Positions 59,115-64,000 of a stretch of DNA of 64,000 nt are shown piece after piece; the first letter of the stretch is position 1; each line of letters starts with the position of its first letter. Both the position numbers and the translations under genes were made by a program. The notes beneath the pieces were generated by a model, which worked only from the letters and a program-made list of their open reading frames with translations, was not told where the DNA came from and did no database searches. The DNA lies in assembly GCA_028868715.1 (NCBI GenBank), contig JAGWUB010000002.1, positions 145,716 to 209,715 of the forward strand, written 5' to 3'. The DNA comes from Patescibacteria group bacterium (lineage in GTDB: Bacteria; Patescibacteriota; Minisyncoccia; Phycocordibacterales; UBA9973).

Positions 59115-59172
59115 ATTTAAATTGTAACATAAAATGCGAAAGCCACCGGGCTGCTTTCGGCGAACCAGATGG

Positions 59173-59400
59173 CTATTTTATGAACCTTACTATTGGCACC
59201 AACAAGAAGTTCACAAAAAGATGGATGGCCACCGTGGTGTACAAAGACACCGTAAACACAAAAAACATTATTTTCCATGTAAGTTTTCCATCCAACCAGT
59301 CTTTTTTGACCATCTTGTAAGCAAAGTGAATGATAGTAAGTCCTACTGGCCCCAGCCATACTATAGCTAGAACCAATATCACTATTGAACTATTTTTCAT
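59173..59400 (-). CDS. Small two-TM membrane protein (75 aa)
   Basis: Hydrophobic ORF; preferred over the overlapping 59117..59359 frame. Confidence 0.35.
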   Translation of the reverse strand: MKNSSIVILVLAIVWLGPVGLTIIHFAYKMVKKDWLDGKLTWKIMFFVFTVSLYTTVAIHLFVNFLLVPIVRFIK

Positions 59401-59482
59401 ATTTTTTACCTCAAAGAACAGATTTTAGCACAAAACATAAAGCCGCAGGCACCTTATGTTTGGCGGGGTGCCGGCGGCGGGG

Positions 59483-59575
59483 TCAATTGTGGTTAACTAC
59501 GTAGATAACGAAACCGGCGAAGATAGCCGAACCTATGACTAACGTCGCCAAAACCAGAACTAGTATTCTTTTCAT
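59483..59575 (-). CDS. 30-aa single-TM micro-protein (MKRILVLVLATLVIGSAIFAGFVIYVVNHN)
   Basis: ATG preceded by GGAGGT at -6; a GC-rich hairpin follows directly downstream. Confidence 0.35.
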   Translation of the reverse strand: MKRILVLVLATLVIGSAIFAGFVIYVVNHN

Positions 59576-59610
59576 AACTACCTCCAAATTCATTAATACC
59601 ACAAATTTAA

Positions 59611-59650
59611 AATTTTGCAAGTAAAAAACACCACGCTTGCGCGTGGTGTT
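59611..59650 (-). terminator. Rho-independent terminator ending the 16S transcription unit
   Basis: ACACCACGC-TTGC-GCGTGGTGT followed by T7 on the minus strand. Confidence 0.55.
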
Positions 59651-59844
59651 TTTTTTGCTGTTGTTTGTTTTGTTTCGTTCTATAACTTAGAAGTCTTTCC
59701 TTCCGGCCAAATAGTTTTTAGGAAGTTCTATTATTTTCCATTGTGTAGTCAATTGAGCTACACAATACCGACTCAATAAGTCTGATCAGAATGGGTCTGA
59801 TACACAATTCTAATAAATTAAAATTGAGACATTTTTCAAATTGA

Positions 59845-61375
<1,531 letters not shown>

Positions 61376-61575
61376 GTTAGTCCCCATTGAAGGGGTTAGA
61401 ACGAAACAAAACAAAAAACAGCAATGATCTTTGTTTTTAAATATCTGCTCGTCCTAGCTCGTAAATTATTACTCAAAAAAACAGAACAGACTTGCACCTG
61501 TTCTTCTCACCTTTTCAATTGTCAAAGAATGTAATTAAAAACGCATATCCCATACGGATAAGCGCTTGGACAAGT

Positions 61576-61603
61576 ATATATGAAAGCACATATCATTGTC
61601 AAG
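61576..61603 (-). promoter_or_regulatory. Sigma70 promoter TTGACA-16-TATATA for the 16S rRNA
   Basis: Minus-strand hexamers about 200 nt upstream of the mature 5' end. Confidence 0.5.
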
Positions 61604-61640
61604 CACACAAAAGCCCCTATTGAGGGGCTTTTGTGTGCTT
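61602..61640. terminator. 17-bp-stem perfect hairpin immediately upstream of the rRNA promoter (insulating terminator)
   Basis: AAGCACACAAAAGCCCC-TATTGA-GGGGCTTTTGTGTGCTT. Confidence 0.5.
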
Positions 61641-61657
61641 ATTTTTGGTCTATCTAT

Positions 61658-61783
61658 CTACCATCCAGCTTGTACAAGCATTTCCACCACTTTTGGCACC
61701 CAGATCTTTTGTGTAGCTAAAAGTCCTATCCCGATAACAATTAATATTAAAAGAAAAATTCTTACAAATTTTATAAAATTCAT
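61658..61783 (-). CDS. 41-aa single-TM micro-protein (MNFIKFVRIFLLILIVIGIGLLATQKIWVPKVVEMLVQAGW)
   Basis: ORF bounded by two terminators; the opposite-strand ORF 61596..61790 is rejected. Confidence 0.3.
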   Translation of the reverse strand: MNFIKFVRIFLLILIVIGIGLLATQKIWVPKVVEMLVQAGW

Positions 61784-61811
61784 ATACTAAAACCATACCA
61801 TATAAGATATA

Positions 61812-61845
61812 AAATCAAAATGCCCCATGTGGGGCATTTTTGGTA
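61812..61845. terminator. Bidirectional rho-independent terminator
   Basis: ATGCCCCA-TG-TGGGGCAT followed by TTTTTGG; A/T-rich flank on the minus strand. Confidence 0.5.
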
Positions 61846-61852
61846 TCTTCTA

Positions 61853-61909
61853 TTTCTTTACTTTCTTTGGTTTCTTTTTTTCTTTTCGGTGTCCGTCTCC
61901 TTTAGCCAT
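61853..61909 (-). CDS. Tiny Lys-rich ORF (19 aa, MAKGDGHRKEKKKPKKVKK)
   Basis: Lies between the zinc-ribbon gene and the terminator; may be coincidental. Confidence 0.15.
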
Positions 61910-61932
61910 AAAATATATAAGTTAATTTATAA

Positions 61933-62109
61933 TTACTTCATCATTGCCTCACCATCTGCTGCTGACATGAACTTAAACATGTTTCCTCCACACACTACAC
62001 AAGTGCCCTTGGCAGAATATCTACCCTTCTCGTTCTTGGTAACTACTGGATCCTTCATCTCTCGCATTGTAGGTTTGTTGTTAGTCCTACATTTCATACA
62101 CAAAGCCAT
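61933..62109 (-). CDS. Small CxxC-x26-CxxC zinc-ribbon protein (~58 aa)
   Basis: MALCMKCRTNNKPTMREMKDPVVTKNEKGRYSAKGTCVVCGGNMFKF matches a widespread ~50-aa zinc-ribbon family (C.KC...KNGR..KG.C..CG.KMFK). Alternative starts at 62121 and 62142. Confidence 0.55.
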   Translation of the reverse strand: MALCMKCRTNNKPTMREMKDPVVTKNEKGRYSAKGTCVVCGGNMFKFMSAADGEAMMK

Positions 62110-62204
62110 AAGTGTTGCCATATTGTTATTGATTAAACCCACGCCTCTGGCGGGGCAAGTTATTAATATATCAAAAGTATAGCATTTATAGTAAAATAGT
62201 ACAT

Positions 62205-62846
62205 ATGGCTACAAAGTTAATATATTTCGTAAGACATGGAGAAACATTGCTCAACGCCCAAAACATTCGCCAAGGCGCCGAGGGATCTTTGAGCGAGCTC
62301 GGTCGGGAGCAAGCATTGGAAACTGCAAAAAGATTTCCAAAGCATAAGGGGCGCCCAGAAGTCATCATTTCTAGCCCGTACCAGCGTACCAGAGAGACCG
62401 CCGAAATTATCGCCAAGGAATTAAAAATGCCCATAGAGTATTCAGACCTCTTGGTAGAGCGAAGGAATCCATCCGAGATAATCGGTCAATGGGGCGAAGA
62501 CGCCAAAGTAAAGCTGATCATAGATCAGATGGATAAAAGTTTTCACGAGGACAACCTGAGAATTTCGGATGAAGAAAATTTTGTGGATTTAAAAAAAAGG
62601 GCAAAAAAATTATTAGAGTATATAGCCAAAAGAAAAGAAAAAAGGATCGTCATGATTACTCATGGAATTTTTTTGAAAATGGTGGCGTCCTACATGCTGA
62701 TGGGAGATAAGCTCACCGCTTCTGAATATAATAAATTGAGTTATTTTAATCCAGTCAACAATGCGAGCATGGCCATCGTGCTTTATAAGAGCCACTGGCT
62801 CAATGAAGACGAGTGGAAAATTTTAGAGTGGAACGATCTAGCTTAG
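62205..62846 (+). CDS. Histidine phosphatase family protein (phosphoglycerate-mutase-like)
   Basis: YFVRHGET catalytic motif and a downstream His. Confidence 0.8.
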   Translation: MATKLIYFVRHGETLLNAQNIRQGAEGSLSELGREQALETAKRFPKHKGRPEVIISSPYQRTRETAEIIAKELKMPIEYSDLLVERRNPSEIIGQWGEDAKVKLIIDQMDKSFHEDNLRISDEENFVDLKKRAKKLLEYIAKRKEKRIVMITHGIFLKMVASYMLMGDKLTASEYNKLSYFNPVNNASMAIVLYKSHWLNEDEWKILEWNDLA

Positions 62847-63565
62847 ATTCCAGCGATCCCAAAGAGTTTTCCAATTCCAAAAGTTATTATCATCGCCATT
62901 ATTCCCCCGATCACCACTCGTAGCGTAGCTCGAGTTTTTTTTGCTCCGCCGACGTAGGCGCTCAGCATACCGGTGATTATGAGCGCAATAATTACTGAGA
63001 TAAAAGTTATTGTCAGCCGTAGTGATGCCGAAGCAAAGATGACGGCGACGACAGGGATGATAGCCCCACAACAAAAAGCTATGCCAGAGGCATAGGCAGC
63101 ATGAAAGGGATTGGCTAAATCATCTGGATTGATATTTAGCTCCGCATCTACGTGCGCGGCAAAAGCATCCCGAGCGGTTAATTCTTTACCGACTATTTCA
63201 GCCGTAGCTCGAGACAAACCTTTCTTTTCATAAATTTGAATCAGCTCTTCGAGCTCTTCGTCTGGCACTGTATCTAGCTCCATTTGTTCTTTTATCAGCA
63301 ACGCTTTTTCTGTATCACGCTGGGAACTAACCGAGACATATTCGCCGACAGCCATAGACAGGGCTCCCGCCACCATCGCCGCCACTCCGGCCGTCAAAAT
63401 AAAAGTCCTCGAGCTAGAGGCAGCGGCGACGCCGACAATAACTGAAGAAATAGACACGATGCCATCGTTGGCACCGAGCACAGCGGCCCGCAGCCAATTT
63501 AATTTAGAATTGGTTGAGAAAGTATTAAATTCAGCATGCACTATTGGGTCACGTACAGCAGCCAT
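62843..63565 (-). CDS. VIT1/CCC1-family Fe/Mn transporter
   Basis: LRAAVLGANDGIVSISSVIVGVAAA signature and five TM helices. Confidence 0.8.
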   Translation of the reverse strand: MAAVRDPIVHAEFNTFSTNSKLNWLRAAVLGANDGIVSISSVIVGVAAASSSRTFILTAGVAAMVAGALSMAVGEYVSVSSQRDTEKALLIKEQMELDTVPDEELEELIQIYEKKGLSRATAEIVGKELTARDAFAAHVDAELNINPDDLANPFHAAYASGIAFCCGAIIPVVAVIFASASLRLTITFISVIIALIITGMLSAYVGGAKKTRATLRVVIGGIMAMIITFGIGKLFGIAGI

Positions 63566-63639
63566 GAGTATATTATACCATATTTTATGTTATAATAAAT
63601 TTTGAGTCGTGGTAAATTATTCGTTTAAATAATAAAAAT

Positions 63640-64000
63640 ATGTCGTCTAAAAATTCTATTATCATTTTGCGCCTTGGCCTAGGTTTAGTTTTTTTATCAC
63701 AGGCCTTGATGTCTTGGTTTTATCCACAAGAGTTTAAGGATTTAATTGGATCTTCTTTTATGTTTAGTTTTTTCCATGCAATTCCGAGCTCGGTTTTTCT
63801 ACTATTGATATTTATCAATGATTCGCTTTTAGCTCTGATAATTTTATTCAATTATCAAAAACTAATAAAAGCCGCTCTGCTTTGGGCGTCAATTTATCTG
63901 GTTTTGGTAATGCTGGTGATCTGGCAGCCGATAGATATTTTGGAACATTTTGGTTTCCTTTCTCTGGCTGTAGTTTTATATCTTGAATATAAAAATAGAG
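63640..64000 (+). CDS. DoxX-like small membrane protein (3' end outside the window)
   Basis: ILRLGLGLVFLSQAL N-terminus typical of DoxX; open to the window end. Confidence 0.4.
   Translation, partial: MSSKNSIIILRLGLGLVFLSQALMSWFYPQEFKDLIGSSFMFSFFHAIPSSVFLLLIFINDSLLALIILFNYQKLIKAALLWASIYLVLVMLVIWQPIDILEHFGFLSLAVVLYLEYKNR

Noticed and set aside
59117-59359. Overlapping minus-strand ORF MAGASRTYYHSLC… (80 aa)
   Set aside because: It overlaps the more plausible two-TM ORF 59173..59400 in another frame; it has no hydrophobic or motif support.
61596-62182. Plus-strand ORFs 61596..61790 and 61820..62182
   Set aside because: The second starts inside a terminator hairpin and both are hydrophobic low-complexity sequences. 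The minus strand instead encodes a recognisable CxxC…CxxC zinc-ribbon protein and micro-ORFs bounded by terminators.
62186-62434. 82-aa minus-strand ORF overlapping the histidine phosphatase gene
   Set aside because: It is fully contained in the conserved RHGE phosphatase gene on the opposite strand.

Overview
This is a low-GC (about 33-35%), gene-dense bacterial window using the standard genetic code. It has the look of a reduced Patescibacteria/CPR-type genome: short housekeeping proteins, truncated MurE, AlaRS and IF-2, essentially no Shine-Dalgarno sequences, and a 16S rRNA gene not linked to 23S/5S.

The core content is housekeeping:
- replication/repair: dnaB C-terminal fragment, recR, gyrA
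- translation and assembly: cysS, alaS, infB-rbfA, typA, mnmA, rpsA, a CsaA-like tRNA-binding protein
- a minus-strand ribosomal/RNAP operon block: infA | rpmJ-rpsM-rpsK-rpsD-rpoA-rplQ-rplM-rpsI, plus rplU elsewhere
- chaperones: dnaK, dnaJ, grpE (dispersed) and clpB
- cell wall: murE-murD-murC, ddl, uppS, mltG
- secA
- a four-tRNA cluster (Cys, Leu-TAA, Lys, Leu-TAG), tRNA-Tyr, and a stand-alone 16S rRNA gene with its own promoter and terminator

The region I would look at first lies downstream of the tRNA cluster and extends to gyrA. It contains:
- an operon of six tandem paralogous small two-helix proteins resembling VirB2/TrbC-type type IV secretion system (T4SS) pilins; one is an internal tandem fusion, and two carry Cys-rich extracellular modules
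- an orphan family-1 solute-binding-protein-like lipoprotein and a methyltransferase that head this operon
- a higher-GC, Shine-Dalgarno-bearing SPFH/NfeD-like operon that looks horizontally acquired

Other notable features:
- Two tandem VirD4/TrwB-like ATPase paralogs sit between dnaJ and dnaK.
- A PaaX-like regulator is divergent from dnaK; a perfect 10-N10-10 palindrome lies in their shared promoter and no CIRCE element is present.
- A near-identical ~54-nt in-frame insertion occurs twice inside mnmA.
- One protein combines a sigma-70 region-4 HTH with a HARE-HTH.
- The 16S 3' tail lacks the CCUCC anti-Shine-Dalgarno.
- Several micro-ORFs and hairpin-rich leaders flank 16S and secA.
- A structured ncRNA candidate with its own terminator lies upstream of typA.
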